Source of the DNA: Candidatus Thorarchaeota archaeon
Lineage (GTDB): Archaea; Asgardarchaeota; Thorarchaeia; Thorarchaeales; Thorarchaeaceae
Direction of reading: 5' to 3'
DNA length: 64,000 nucleotides
Assembly (NCBI GenBank): GCA_011364905.1
Contig: RDNZ01000001.1
Span: forward strand, 54,025-118,024
Part shown: positions 12,401-20,227 of the stretch, one piece after another
Numbering within the stretch: position 1 is the stretch's first letter
Layout of the letters: the number at the start of each line of letters is the position of its first letter
Program-made: the position numbers and the translations under genes
The notes under the pieces: generated by a model
What the model was told of the DNA's origin: nothing
What the model saw: the letters and a program-made list of their open reading frames with translations, nothing else
Database searches by the model: none

Positions 12401-14187
12401 TACATGTCAGATCCATGTTCAATTGTAAACGACCGTGAATACAAACCGATGTTCTCAACGGGACTACCTGAAACAGAATCATTCACGAATGCTTGTACCG
12501 ACCATTGCCCTACTTCAGCTGTGAAGGCATCAAGATTCAAGTCGGTCGTTTCAGCAATCCCTGAAGACACCGTTGCTGCCACTGTGTCCCATAGGTTGCC
12601 CATTGTGTCATAGACGTTGAATGTAACAGTCGCACCGTTGTAAACGGTATCAAGATAGGCTTGGAAGCGAACATTGTCATTAGCCCGATACGTGTTTGTA
12701 GTGACCCAACTGGCACCACTTGACATTCTCAAGTCTTGAATTATGTTCGCTGAATGCCCTGTTATTTTCCAGAATCCATTCTGATAGGTCCCGACAACTC
12801 CATCATAAACTGAAATGTTCAAGCTTGTTGCAGTGGTGGACCAATATGGGAAATTGACGGATGGGAATCGAGGTTCTGATACAGTATCAATAACCAGAGT
12901 ATCAGATTTACTTGCATTGAAGTAGAATAACTGGGAATAACCGTTTGGGACAGCAACGTAATAATATGTAATCCAGTTTACTTGGCTGGCATTACTGGTC
13001 GTGAAGTGAGTGCCCAGACTCTGAACATCAGCTTCATAGAGTGAGGACTGGTCAACTTTTCTTGCATATACCGTCATGTCGACAGAAAAAGTGACACGAA
13101 TATCATCATTAGGGTTGGGATTTACTGGAGTCGGAGTCCAGCTGAATGTTGCATTCACTGCACTTCCACTCCATGGGATAGCTGCAGATTCCTGAACTGT
13201 GCCTAAACTCCATGTAGCGCCATTGGACACGGGAATGCCATTCATTTCCAAGTTTACTTGACTTGGTTGCACTCGAGTCTTTATGAAGATTCTAACATTG
13301 TCCATCCTCACCTCTGGGTAGAGCTGAGGATTGCTTCCGAATGATCTTGTAGTCCTCATTCCAATTTGCAGAATGAAGTTGGATGATGTGATGAGTGAAG
13401 GGTCAGCCTCGATTAAGCCTGTGGAGTACCAAGTTGTTTGTGCAAGAACATCACTGAACTGCATGTCCCACAGATGGTTTGATACATTATCATTGTGGCC
13501 AATTTGAGCGTATAGCTCCCAAAAACCAATGGGCAGACCGCCCCAATTATCATCAACCCAGTAATCAAGTGAAACGCCAACCCATGTGACTTCACCACGA
13601 TTGGTATTGATTGTTTGCTCCGCATACTGTCTATCGCCAAGGTCATGGCGGTAGTAGCCTCCATCCAACACACCGTCCATCTGAAAGCTGACATACCCAC
13701 CAGTTATTGTAGAAGACATAGGATTTGTGTGAGTTGGCAAATCATCATAGCCAGTTGTCCAGTCCGCTGCTGAACCAAAACCGGGGTTGGTAAGATAGGT
13801 TCGATTCTCCTGAAGGTCACTCACACTGATGGATGTGTCAGTACCTTCCCAAAGAGGACCGAGAGGAACAGAAACAGTCTGAGTTGTGGTAGTATTTGTA
13901 GGATAATAAGCAAGGTCCAGGTTTGAGTGGTGATCCGTCCTTTGCCCATATTCCGACACTACCATAGGAGACCCTTCGCCTGAAACTGTTGTTGGGACCT
14001 CAGAAAGAGAATAAGAATTCAGGACCTCATCTGGCCCAACTTCAACGGTCTGACCATTGCCTAGATCTACCTGTTTTGCTCCAGGCGCAGAGGAAGTTGG
14101 GGTGGCATTATGAGTCATAGGGGCTCCAAGACTCACAAGTAGAGACGCCATCACGAGAAATAGAAACAGGGTCCTTTTGACTTTCAT
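6493..14187 (-). CDS. Giant 2564-aa surface protein: signal peptide, Laminin_G_3-like lectin domain, then more than 20 Ig-like/beta-sandwich repeats with many N-x-S/T sequons, a single C-terminal TM helix, and a roughly 200-aa acidic coiled-coil cytoplasmic tail.
   Basis: Single uninterrupted 7.7-kb ORF. The N-terminus MKVKRTLFLFLVMASLLVSLGAP is a signal peptide. The motif RMDNVRIFIKT matches the Laminin_G_3 C-terminal consensus. Repeats of about 100-120 aa carry recurring Y/W/G/D positions. The TM helix is MLLVLFAALGALYFRVL (about nt 7050-7115), followed by a tail ERARRARELAEAEMVAEE...KEIGGMEE. An SD GGAGG sits 8 nt upstream of the ATG at 14196..14200. Confidence 0.85.
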   Translation of the reverse strand: MKVKRTLFLFLVMASLLVSLGAPMTHNATPTSSAPGAKQVDLGNGQTVEVGPDEVLNSYSLSEVPTTVSGEGSPMVVSEYGQRTDHHSNLDLAYYPTNTTTTQTVSVPLGPLWEGTDTSISVSDLQENRTYLTNPGFGSAADWTTGYDDLPTHTNPMSSTITGGYVSFQMDGVLDGGYYRHDLGDRQYAEQTINTNRGEVTWVGVSLDYWVDDNWGGLPIGFWELYAQIGHNDNVSNHLWDMQFSDVLAQTTWYSTGLIEADPSLITSSNFILQIGMRTTRSFGSNPQLYPEVRMDNVRIFIKTRVQPSQVNLEMNGIPVSNGATWSLGTVQESAAIPWSGSAVNATFSWTPTPVNPNPNDDIRVTFSVDMTVYARKVDQSSLYEADVQSLGTHFTTSNASQVNWITYYYVAVPNGYSQLFYFNASKSDTLVIDTVSEPRFPSVNFPYWSTTATSLNISVYDGVVGTYQNGFWKITGHSANIIQDLRMSSGASWVTTNTYRANDNVRFQAYLDTVYNGATVTFNVYDTMGNLWDTVAATVSSGIAETTDLNLDAFTAEVGQWSVQAFVNDSVSGSPVENIGLYSRSFTIEHGSDMYIAYPRQSVTSWERNLTYGQDMLLQIGVNDSNNGLLLPGGSATYNWTTGTRILNDMGTGEYSVVVNTADLGLPGRYVIGISWSKQYYDSLQTYFVINVVEETTLQSSSAPGVQVPRGDNAVLELFYADSEDAGIGGAVLTCNWTDSSYTVNPVAGAPGNYTLTITTGNSNLGTYAVVVTAEQNYYTTSQVLLFVEVRQIFTSVSVSQSGISLPVGYEETITLTYWDTDHDLPISGAESSISCNWSSYIVAASAPGEYSITFYSAESDPIQDYSVVFDVNRFAYQNHTFSIGIDIITHLTSFSLDNPIEPTPYTGQITIYVMYYDITTSQGIVSSNVLIYAEAVGVPSLEYTVVNGSIAGQYIVRIRADQWGSIGRKDITLYANWTGPQPAHDNKVLQVSARIAGSPSDLYIGTNPVATPYGENVTFSVVYWDISNSTGITNSTGDYPLNVHFYIEVLTPGQTLTQDLMVISELGNGEYQITFDTNYLSGIITCEIRISANWTSGQLPLYENRSLTVAVNTRYRQTSILWEPLPTTPYGDNVNLTFSYIDVLTGLPISDDPQLNYQVQETGLVLSAIYLPGSQEYVLELDTTWWSNVGTFTLHLDVMWTGTPFYQNRTSIPISLTVRSRYTNLEHGPYTSIQYGNDLVIVFTYRDLDDQSLLNTGSLTLDASLLGYYNVVNNGDGTFTVTLDTSAFPSLATYTVNASMSYTGTNFCFDATDFFYLTLIQRRTQLTSEVPSLAVYLEEAEVFVSYFDDSTLAGIDGATITATCSNATLQLGVNYWVDSLTGGDYRIRISTLALGNFGEYTIAISASKTGAPYYQSRITNVQIDVVRRYATLSVTRSPLTTPFLSNVEFQISVMDDVNSTRISLTKSVLTITHGGGTVILDSQYTLTGQDGFYLISFNSTLLSSELEDAYPITIQFHWGDMTPYYENSTTTTQVTISTRYTQASVLSTPPAYYFFNISALLDFKDYLTGNGIPGADVSLESANSTSFTHWIIDNGDGTYQILVDTTTLSGLGRYFFTANMTWYGSPYYTNVTNLSFSAVVNSVSTTLSFTLPQGVTYYLGDVIHANITYTAIEFGVGIPGATVLSDWNATYPTIATIHEIDTGVYEMTIQTSGMDAGLYSFSVSASKYLHQNHTILADILLSAVPVQIELDFNPTSPSWGDSINFQANVTDARTGAPIVGAYVNLTISTITVDMTHIGSGIYNVTVQSWQIVAGEHTVTVRSVLLNYESRQRDFQIRIGKIASKIAGSINPLSTVNGLSVHLQVDYLIYSDSSPITNGQVTYSWVGGSGQIPWSASDGKYVVDFIVTGASVGTHQILIQASSDNYKSVSMQLTIEITELSTSLVAVSDFVVTVNFRDIANITVYLNNTDLNTPVLGARLSYGVGPLVGNLTELGTPGYYSALIDTTDLSVQEWTVIISSDKDGYRPSSIQFTLNVEVVDTDIVIVTDATLSGYYGEEVTFVLVFHDIHADEGIPGAITNYTLEQFKGSLFDYGNGTYSLTVNTSLVQAGTVPHNIAISFRKENFRFASGLVKLLVNPIRTVLTGKTEAEFAVGDDYSMTFGYWDDLHANWIADGLATAYWEFGAVQLTNLNNGSYVFGPTEANLGQTLQYRDENYTIRIFISRGNYSRGEIDVSLKIRRIATELVSSALPEFIYVGRVFFVNVTYLDSDHSLPITDADITIRSSNNVQTANLVHVEELDIDYHNGTYAIAFRAPVLALYSLKIILSRVNYADGEVNLDVYTRFSPEQEALVAWFRNGTMLLVLFAALGALYFRVLSVPKLLRIIRRMIGSLSKGKIPKPADVPQRRQMLLAMMNDDLKPIRIQKTEEDVALSTVDVTVMDVELLLDQLATVVGLTPDDIDTLRQDLDKMRPSERAGFINEVLKQERARRARELAEAEMVAEEGVPAEVAEERLSEDELLHLKERLLKMGIEETEADLMIEQARNLSKAEIDALLKEIGGMEE

Positions 14188-14425
14188 ATTGAGGCCTCCT
14201 CACTAGGCACGAATACTACCAAATCGACTGGCTGATTGACTAATGATTTACCTCTATATGAATAGATGCGTTATAGTGTGAGTCATAGAAATCGAAAGGA
14301 TTGTCGATTTTTCGAAAACAAGTAAGATATGCCTATGACTTGTTTCAGATTCTCAATATTCAATAAGAATTCATGTCAAGGCAACAACTTCAGCCAAATG
14401 AGCCATTTTCTGAAACTAAATACGA

Positions 14426-16669
14426 TTATTCTCTCTTTCGAATTACAATGACACCGACTATTACAATAACGGCTGCAATACTTCCTGCAACGATTATCGG
14501 TGTCAGAATATACGGAGGTGTATTTGTGGTAGTGCTAGTTGGTGTTGATGAAGCCGCACTAAGATGTGTCAAAACTCCTCCTTCTGCTCTATTCATCCCC
14601 CAATCCCAAGCAACCACCCATATAGTAAGATTTGAGGTGTGCTCCAAGAAGGGAACTGACACTGACCAATTATATCCGTTATAAGCCATTGGAAAGCTAC
14701 GAACAACACCATCATCTACCTGAACATAGAGTGTGACATTCTCCAATCCTGCAAGATTTTCGCTAATCATCGCCCAGTAGGTGAAAGGGCCAGTCCAAAA
14801 GTCGCTTGGATTAGTACCTCGACCATATATCGACGGAGGTATGTCATCAATTGACGAAAACATCATTCTTCGAGTCCAATCTCGAGCTTTTACCAAAGCA
14901 CTGTATGCTGAATGCCAGTCCATTTCATTGTAGGAATTTCTTGCAGATTCAAATGAAGCAAGAGCAGCAGATTCCGCGGCATAGGTTACGCCTCTCTCAT
15001 CGGATCGAAGATTGGATTGCTCCTCAAGAAAGTTTGACCATAGAAGAGCTTCCATCTGGTCCAAATAGGTCCCCTGAACCCAGTTCTTCTCAAAAGTGGA
15101 GGTACCGTTGTGTTCAGCAAAGTATCCCATAGGTCCGTAATAGAAGTCACTTGAATAGTGCTCATGTTGCCAAGAGTGCGCAAATCCGATTGCATGCATG
15201 GTCTCATGAAGTTGAGTGGCTGATATTCCATCCTTGGGAGTCACACCATCCGGGCGATAATAACGTTCCCAAGATTTCCAGATGACTGTCTGTCCTCCTC
15301 CACCCAGTCCGGTGTACGCTCTTCCATAGACATGCATTTCCATTTGCTTCTTTATGAAGACAACTCCAAACACATTGATGTTGTCGTCATTAACCACATA
15401 TGCGGGTCTCATTCCACTGTAGATAGCATTAAACATGGACCCACCATCAACAATTGTTGTTCCATCTAAGTTATCTGCGGCGTATGTCCAGAACAGGCTG
15501 TTCCAAGAAGGTTCTTCATCGATGTCTAGATATTGGACATCAACCTCCCATTGAATGAAGGGATAGAGTTCCTCAAGATGCGCCTTTTGCATCTCAGCGT
15601 TGGTCACCCATTCGAGGCTATTGACAGAGGTCCCATCAGCTACATCCATGCAAAACACCAGCACCTTCAGTCTACCAACATCAACATACTTTGCAGGCTG
15701 ATGCTGATATGGGAAAAGTAGTTGGCTGATAGGGTCCCAGATGCACTCTCTCAAGTAAACATTGAGTGCATCTACATCTGCAGGTATGTCTAAGTTGAGA
15801 GATCCCACTTTGTCCTCTAAATCTTGAGTCCAGAAATCGTAAGACGTATTGATTTCTTCGCTCCACCAAACCTTGCACCATTTCAAGTACCACTGATGAG
15901 CACTAGGGTCCACTACATACAGATTATAGCGTCCACCGAAGAACGGATAGTCCATCGTGACATTCGGATTCAGAGCGTTGTCCCACTCCAATCTAAACCA
16001 GTCTTGATTCTGTCCCGTATCAGGATCAAGGGGGTGGTAGTTGTACCAATGTTCCAGACTGTGATCCGCGCTGTCAAACTCCGAGAAATTAACAAGATAA
16101 AGAGTGTACCCAAGATCAGGCGGACTCGTGTATGGATTCTCTTCTAGCCAATCCTCCACTGCATAGCCATCAATGGCACGACCTGCTCGAGGATAGAATA
16201 TTCGTTGTGGTTCGTCGAGGTTGTCCTTCTGATATAGTAGTGCGCTCTCATCAAGGCCTGTCCCTGTTTCGCTTCCATTTATGGAATTGTCAAGCATGAC
16301 TTGGCGAAGTTCGTCGTTGTATGCAGCATCTGCATAGACGATTTGATACTCGATATTATAGGTGATTTGAGCTGCTTCTGTAGAAAAGTTCCTGATTGTT
16401 GGTAAATCCTGTAATAGTAACGGTTCATCAATTAGAGAAGGATCATAACCCACTACGATGATATTAGCTGTCCAGTTTCTCTCAATTGGTTGAGGCCCCT
16501 GACTAAGAGTAGCTTGCTTTACTGGCTGTCTGTGATTATCTTGCACACCAAAAGGAGTGGCAATCACAAGCACTAAAGCAATACCTAGGACAAGAGCACG
16601 ACGCATAGTGTTCCCTGCCTTCTTCACCATATTAACAAACTGGTTCATGTAACCGCAACCAAACCACAT
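14426..16669 (-). CDS. Secreted metzincin-type zinc metalloprotease with a Ser/Thr-rich stalk and C-terminal TM anchor. The true start may be 16630 (MVKKAG...) or 16606 (MRRALV...).
   Basis: HETMHAIGFAH fits the HExxHxxGxxH metzincin zinc-binding motif. The N-terminal hydrophobic stretch ALVLGIALVLVIATPFG is a signal peptide. A stalk SAASSTPTSTTTNTPPY is followed by the TM helix IIVAGSIAAVIVIVGVIVI plus RKRE at the extreme C-terminus. Confidence 0.7.
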   Translation of the reverse strand: MWFGCGYMNQFVNMVKKAGNTMRRALVLGIALVLVIATPFGVQDNHRQPVKQATLSQGPQPIERNWTANIIVVGYDPSLIDEPLLLQDLPTIRNFSTEAAQITYNIEYQIVYADAAYNDELRQVMLDNSINGSETGTGLDESALLYQKDNLDEPQRIFYPRAGRAIDGYAVEDWLEENPYTSPPDLGYTLYLVNFSEFDSADHSLEHWYNYHPLDPDTGQNQDWFRLEWDNALNPNVTMDYPFFGGRYNLYVVDPSAHQWYLKWCKVWWSEEINTSYDFWTQDLEDKVGSLNLDIPADVDALNVYLRECIWDPISQLLFPYQHQPAKYVDVGRLKVLVFCMDVADGTSVNSLEWVTNAEMQKAHLEELYPFIQWEVDVQYLDIDEEPSWNSLFWTYAADNLDGTTIVDGGSMFNAIYSGMRPAYVVNDDNINVFGVVFIKKQMEMHVYGRAYTGLGGGGQTVIWKSWERYYRPDGVTPKDGISATQLHETMHAIGFAHSWQHEHYSSDFYYGPMGYFAEHNGTSTFEKNWVQGTYLDQMEALLWSNFLEEQSNLRSDERGVTYAAESAALASFESARNSYNEMDWHSAYSALVKARDWTRRMMFSSIDDIPPSIYGRGTNPSDFWTGPFTYWAMISENLAGLENVTLYVQVDDGVVRSFPMAYNGYNWSVSVPFLEHTSNLTIWVVAWDWGMNRAEGGVLTHLSAASSTPTSTTTNTPPYILTPIIVAGSIAAVIVIVGVIVIRKRE

Positions 16670-16889
16670 TTGGCGCTTAATGAATATATACGCACATATT
16701 ATATTAGGAAATATGATACTATTATCCTCGTGCGCCGGTATCGTAATACTACATCGGTTATCCTCGATATACCCACTCGGGTAGTCGCGCTCGTTTCCGC
16801 AGGCTAGCGCAAAGATGCATCGATCCCCAAATCGGCCGGCGCATTCTCCTCACCCATCTCTGCTTTTTTTGTCTTTCAGGTACTCTTAA

Positions 16890-16903
16890 ATCGAAGATAA
16901 AAT
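16890..16903 (+). promoter_or_regulatory. Archaeal BRE/TATA-like element (cgaag-ATAAAAT) about 28-34 nt upstream of the ATG of the acyl-CoA synthetase gene, implying a leaderless or short-leader transcript.
   Basis: The sequence tcgaagataaaat ends 27 nt before ATG 16931. A-rich BRE-like purines sit immediately 5' of an AT-rich heptamer. Confidence 0.35.
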
Positions 16904-16930
16904 CCCTCGACTTTGCCTGGAGATACCTAG

Positions 16931-18367
16931 ATGACACTCCCGAAAAAGCCCTCAATAGCAGAGATACTGAATATCAAGTCTATAGCTGCAATCGGTGTGT
17001 CTGCGAATTTTGGATATTACTGGGTGCACTCATTGGCTGAGTGGAAGCATAATCTCAAAGTATGGTTCGTTTCAAGAAGCGGAGGAGAGGTCTTAGGACA
17101 TAAGATTCTCACAAGTATTGACGACATTCCTGGGAAAATCGATTATGCGATAATTCGAGTCCCTTACAAGATAGTTCCCAAAACACTGAGAGAATGTTAC
17201 GAGAAGGGAGCCAAAGGGGTCACCATTTTTACAAGTGGTTTTTCAGAACTCGGTACTGAAGAAGGTCGCCAGCGAGAAATAGAAATTCGAAAAATACTAG
17301 ATGATACCGGTATGAGGGCTCTTGGACCTAATTGCATGGGACTTATGTATCCAAAACTTGGTATTTCTTTTCTCCCCACCGTCAAACAACTCTCAGGAAA
17401 TGTTGGATTTCTCTCTCAATCTGGAGGGATTGCAATCACTACATATACTGCTGGTGTGGAGTCAGGCGTAGGTTTCAGCAAAGTCTTCAGTTTTGGAAAC
17501 CAGGTCGATATTACGCCTCAAGAGATACTAAACTATCTTGCAGATGATGTTGAAACCTCAGTTATCGGAGCCTATATCGAGGGAGCGAAGAATGGAAGGC
17601 AGATTTTGGAATCCTTGAAATACGCTGCCACCAAAAAGCCCGTTGTTGCTCTGAAAGGTGGTCGCTCATCTGAGGGGTCTCGTGCCGCTGCCACCCATAC
17701 TGGCGCGCTAGCTGGAAATAGAGATGTCTGGAGTGCTGTCTTTCGCCAGGCGAATGTTCTATCTGTTGAAACAATTGAAGACATGGTCGCAACTCTGAGC
17801 ATTTTCTCACTGAGTCCGATGCCAAGATCAAAGAACGTTGGTCTGATTGCAATCAGCGGTGGAACAAGCGTAGTGTATACTGATATTTGCATCGAGAAGG
17901 GTCTCAACGTCCCTAGAACCTCAGAAGAAACCAGAGAAAAGCTTGATCCATTAATATTCGATGTGGGAACGGGATTAGGGAATCCTATTGACCTTGCAGC
18001 TGATTATTATCAAGACCAGACTGTAGAGGAAGTGATCCGTATAGCTGGAGAGGAACCGAGTTTCGACTCTCTCATTATAGACGCAGATGTCCATAACATG
18101 TATCAGGTCGCCAATATTATGGATGCCCATGATGTGCTCGCGGACTACTGGAAGGTAATGGCGCGAGCAGGAAGAAAAGTGGTGGAGAACAAAAAGAAAC
18201 CTGTTCTTGTGACAATTCCTGATGTCGCTTATCCCGAGCAGAGAAAGGTGGCATGGGATGCTTTTGTAGACCAACACCTTCCCGTCTTCCGAAACATCAA
18301 TGAAACAGTTGGCGCTCTAGATAGGGTGTACGACTACTATGAAACCAGGTATAGAAGGAAGGTTTGA
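16931..18367 (+). CDS. NDP-forming (ADP-forming) acyl-CoA synthetase, alpha subunit (CoA-binding plus CoA-ligase domains). No ATP-grasp beta subunit is adjacent.
   Basis: The CoA-binding N-terminus is IKSIAAIGVSANFGYYWVHSLAEW. The succinyl-CoA-synthetase-alpha-like core includes GPNCMGLMYP, SQSGGIA and the histidine-loop region GRSSEGSRAAATHTGALAG. The 478 aa length matches alpha subunits of archaeal ACD. Confidence 0.8.
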   Translation: MTLPKKPSIAEILNIKSIAAIGVSANFGYYWVHSLAEWKHNLKVWFVSRSGGEVLGHKILTSIDDIPGKIDYAIIRVPYKIVPKTLRECYEKGAKGVTIFTSGFSELGTEEGRQREIEIRKILDDTGMRALGPNCMGLMYPKLGISFLPTVKQLSGNVGFLSQSGGIAITTYTAGVESGVGFSKVFSFGNQVDITPQEILNYLADDVETSVIGAYIEGAKNGRQILESLKYAATKKPVVALKGGRSSEGSRAAATHTGALAGNRDVWSAVFRQANVLSVETIEDMVATLSIFSLSPMPRSKNVGLIAISGGTSVVYTDICIEKGLNVPRTSEETREKLDPLIFDVGTGLGNPIDLAADYYQDQTVEEVIRIAGEEPSFDSLIIDADVHNMYQVANIMDAHDVLADYWKVMARAGRKVVENKKKPVLVTIPDVAYPEQRKVAWDAFVDQHLPVFRNINETVGALDRVYDYYETRYRRKV

Positions 18368-18368
18368 A

Positions 18369-18977
18369 CTAGACCTTCACGACCCAATTCACTAGTTCAG
18401 AAGAAAGAGGATTTTCCTCCACAAATAGTTCGCGATATGAAGAATTACTTAACATAATCCATACATTTTGCAATTCAAAATCAAAACCAATGATTTTGAA
18501 TGCTGTTTCGAATGCAGAAGGACGAAACGATATGTAGGCCAAAAACAATGAGCCCAAAAAAATCGCCGCATATGAGTAGATCCAAGGACTGATTGGCCTT
18601 CCAGCCCAGACATCCGCGCCAGCATAGATTAACGCGAATATGGATATGCAAACCATGAGAGATGCAACGAGAATGGATAGAGTCCGTGCCCTCATTTCAG
18701 CGTTATCTGAAATTGTATGGTCTGCACAAACATCAACTAGAAAACTCTTGGTTTCTGCGTTTGCCAGCTGCTGTTCTTTTGTTGCAAGAAACTTTGCATC
18801 GGAGGCTGGATGTAGCCAAATCTTCTTCCTTGGATGCGTCGATATACGTGTGCATGTAGTAGCGGGAGCGCCACAGACAGGACAGGTTTTGGGGAATCGT
18901 ATTCTACTGATTTTCGCTCTCACAATTGGTTCATCAAAATAAACCCTATGTCTTATTGTGCTCAAAAGCTGCATCAC
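18369..18977 (-). CDS. Hypothetical membrane protein with an N-terminal zinc-ribbon (CPVCG...C...CADH) and two to three TM helices.
   Basis: Cys pairs CPVCGAPATTC and VDVCADH precede hydrophobic helices LSILVASLMVCISIFALIYAG and IYSYAAIFLGSLFLAYISF. It is convergent with the upstream gene, with a 1-nt gap. Confidence 0.45.
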   Translation of the reverse strand: MMQLLSTIRHRVYFDEPIVRAKISRIRFPKTCPVCGAPATTCTRISTHPRKKIWLHPASDAKFLATKEQQLANAETKSFLVDVCADHTISDNAEMRARTLSILVASLMVCISIFALIYAGADVWAGRPISPWIYSYAAIFLGSLFLAYISFRPSAFETAFKIIGFDFELQNVWIMLSNSSYRELFVEENPLSSELVNWVVKV

Positions 18978-19035
18978 CAGACCAGAGAACTAGATGTAGT
19001 AGAGTAATTGAGTGTATCGAAGCAGGTAAGTCCTT

Positions 19036-20181
19036 TCATAAGTAGGCTTTCTCAACTTGGTTGTAGAGATAGTGCTTCATGCTATTTGATGCCACTACAG
19101 GTAGGTGTTCGTGTACGCTATCCAACGAGGCTACTTCCTGCGTTTTTAGTGAAAATCCCAACTTTTCGAAACTACCCTTGACCTGCTCTATAGCGTTTCC
19201 GAAATGTCTTATGCCTATCCCTAATGCTTCTAGGATTTTGTAGCCATAGTGCGTGAGCCAGAGAGAGTTCATTAGCGACGTGCTACCCTTTGTAGGGACA
19301 ATTGCATTTTCGATCTCTCTTTTCCGCGCTTCTGCAATTCGTGCAATTAGCCTTGATGCCCTAGTGTTCCTCATCAACTCTGTATCGAGGAAAAGAGTTG
19401 GTCCTCCATGCTCAATCTGTGCATCAAGTAGATCTATCGCTTTGTCAAAAATGGCTCGCTTTGCGGTTCTGTAGTCCATTGACTCCGTTGTGCTTTCAAG
19501 GAGGTTTTTTGGATTGCCATCAAATCCAGCCAATTCTTCCATACCAAAACCCAACATGAGACCTCTTTGAATGGCATACCAATCATTGTTCGATACCTGA
19601 CTCAAGACGGAGAGAATCCTCTGACGGAGGGGTGCCCAATCCATTTTATTTGCGAGGGCATCACAGGATTTCCACATCAGAACTGGTTGCGCAGTCCATG
19701 GAGCTCCATCAGGCCTGACAAGTAAGAGACGCTCTGCCAGTTGGCTTGTTGTGAAGAGGAATCTCAAGATGCTGTCAGAGTAGATCACAACAGATGAGTC
19801 GAGCAATATGTGCGAACGAACAAGTATCGGAGTTATATCCAACTCCTTGAGCCTGTTCTGCGTGAGGTTAAGTCTCTTCAATGCATCACAATCTCCCAGT
19901 GGCCAGAGATTCAGTGACTCTAAATGGTTGTTCTCGACACGCAAATCTATCAGTGTCTTTTGATTCCGTAGTGGCGTTAAATCAAGTTCCTCAAGCATGT
20001 TATTAGATAGGTTGAGGGTCATTAGTTGGCTGCATTCTCTAAGATTCGAGAGATCAACTTTTATGGCCGCTCTCGTCGTCAAATCTACAATCTTGTCATC
20101 TTGCCTATACTTGGTTTCTTCTTGACGTCCGTGTGGACTCCAGTACTTTATTGCGACCTCTTCCATGCAGAACTCAACCAT
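19036..20181 (-). CDS. Cytoplasmic leucine-rich-repeat (LRR) protein with an uncharacterised roughly 250-aa C-terminal domain.
   Basis: Four or five tandem LxxLxLxxNxL units (LSNLRECSQLMTLNLSNNMLEELDLTPL; LIDLRVENNHLESLNLWPL; LKRLNLTQNRLKELDITPI). There is no signal peptide or TM helix. Confidence 0.65.
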   Translation of the reverse strand: MVEFCMEEVAIKYWSPHGRQEETKYRQDDKIVDLTTRAAIKVDLSNLRECSQLMTLNLSNNMLEELDLTPLRNQKTLIDLRVENNHLESLNLWPLGDCDALKRLNLTQNRLKELDITPILVRSHILLDSSVVIYSDSILRFLFTTSQLAERLLLVRPDGAPWTAQPVLMWKSCDALANKMDWAPLRQRILSVLSQVSNNDWYAIQRGLMLGFGMEELAGFDGNPKNLLESTTESMDYRTAKRAIFDKAIDLLDAQIEHGGPTLFLDTELMRNTRASRLIARIAEARKREIENAIVPTKGSTSLMNSLWLTHYGYKILEALGIGIRHFGNAIEQVKGSFEKLGFSLKTQEVASLDSVHEHLPVVASNSMKHYLYNQVEKAYL

Positions 20182-20227
20182 TGATTGATTTTAGCGTCTA
20201 CAGATAAAACTGAGTCCCTAGATGAAC

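Noticed and set aside
16790-16870. Possible tRNA in the GC-rich spacer segment
   Set aside because: The ends GGGTAGT...CTCACCC do not form a 7-bp acceptor stem. There is no GTTCRANYC T-loop or plausible D- and anticodon arms on either strand. Kept only as an unexplained GC island.
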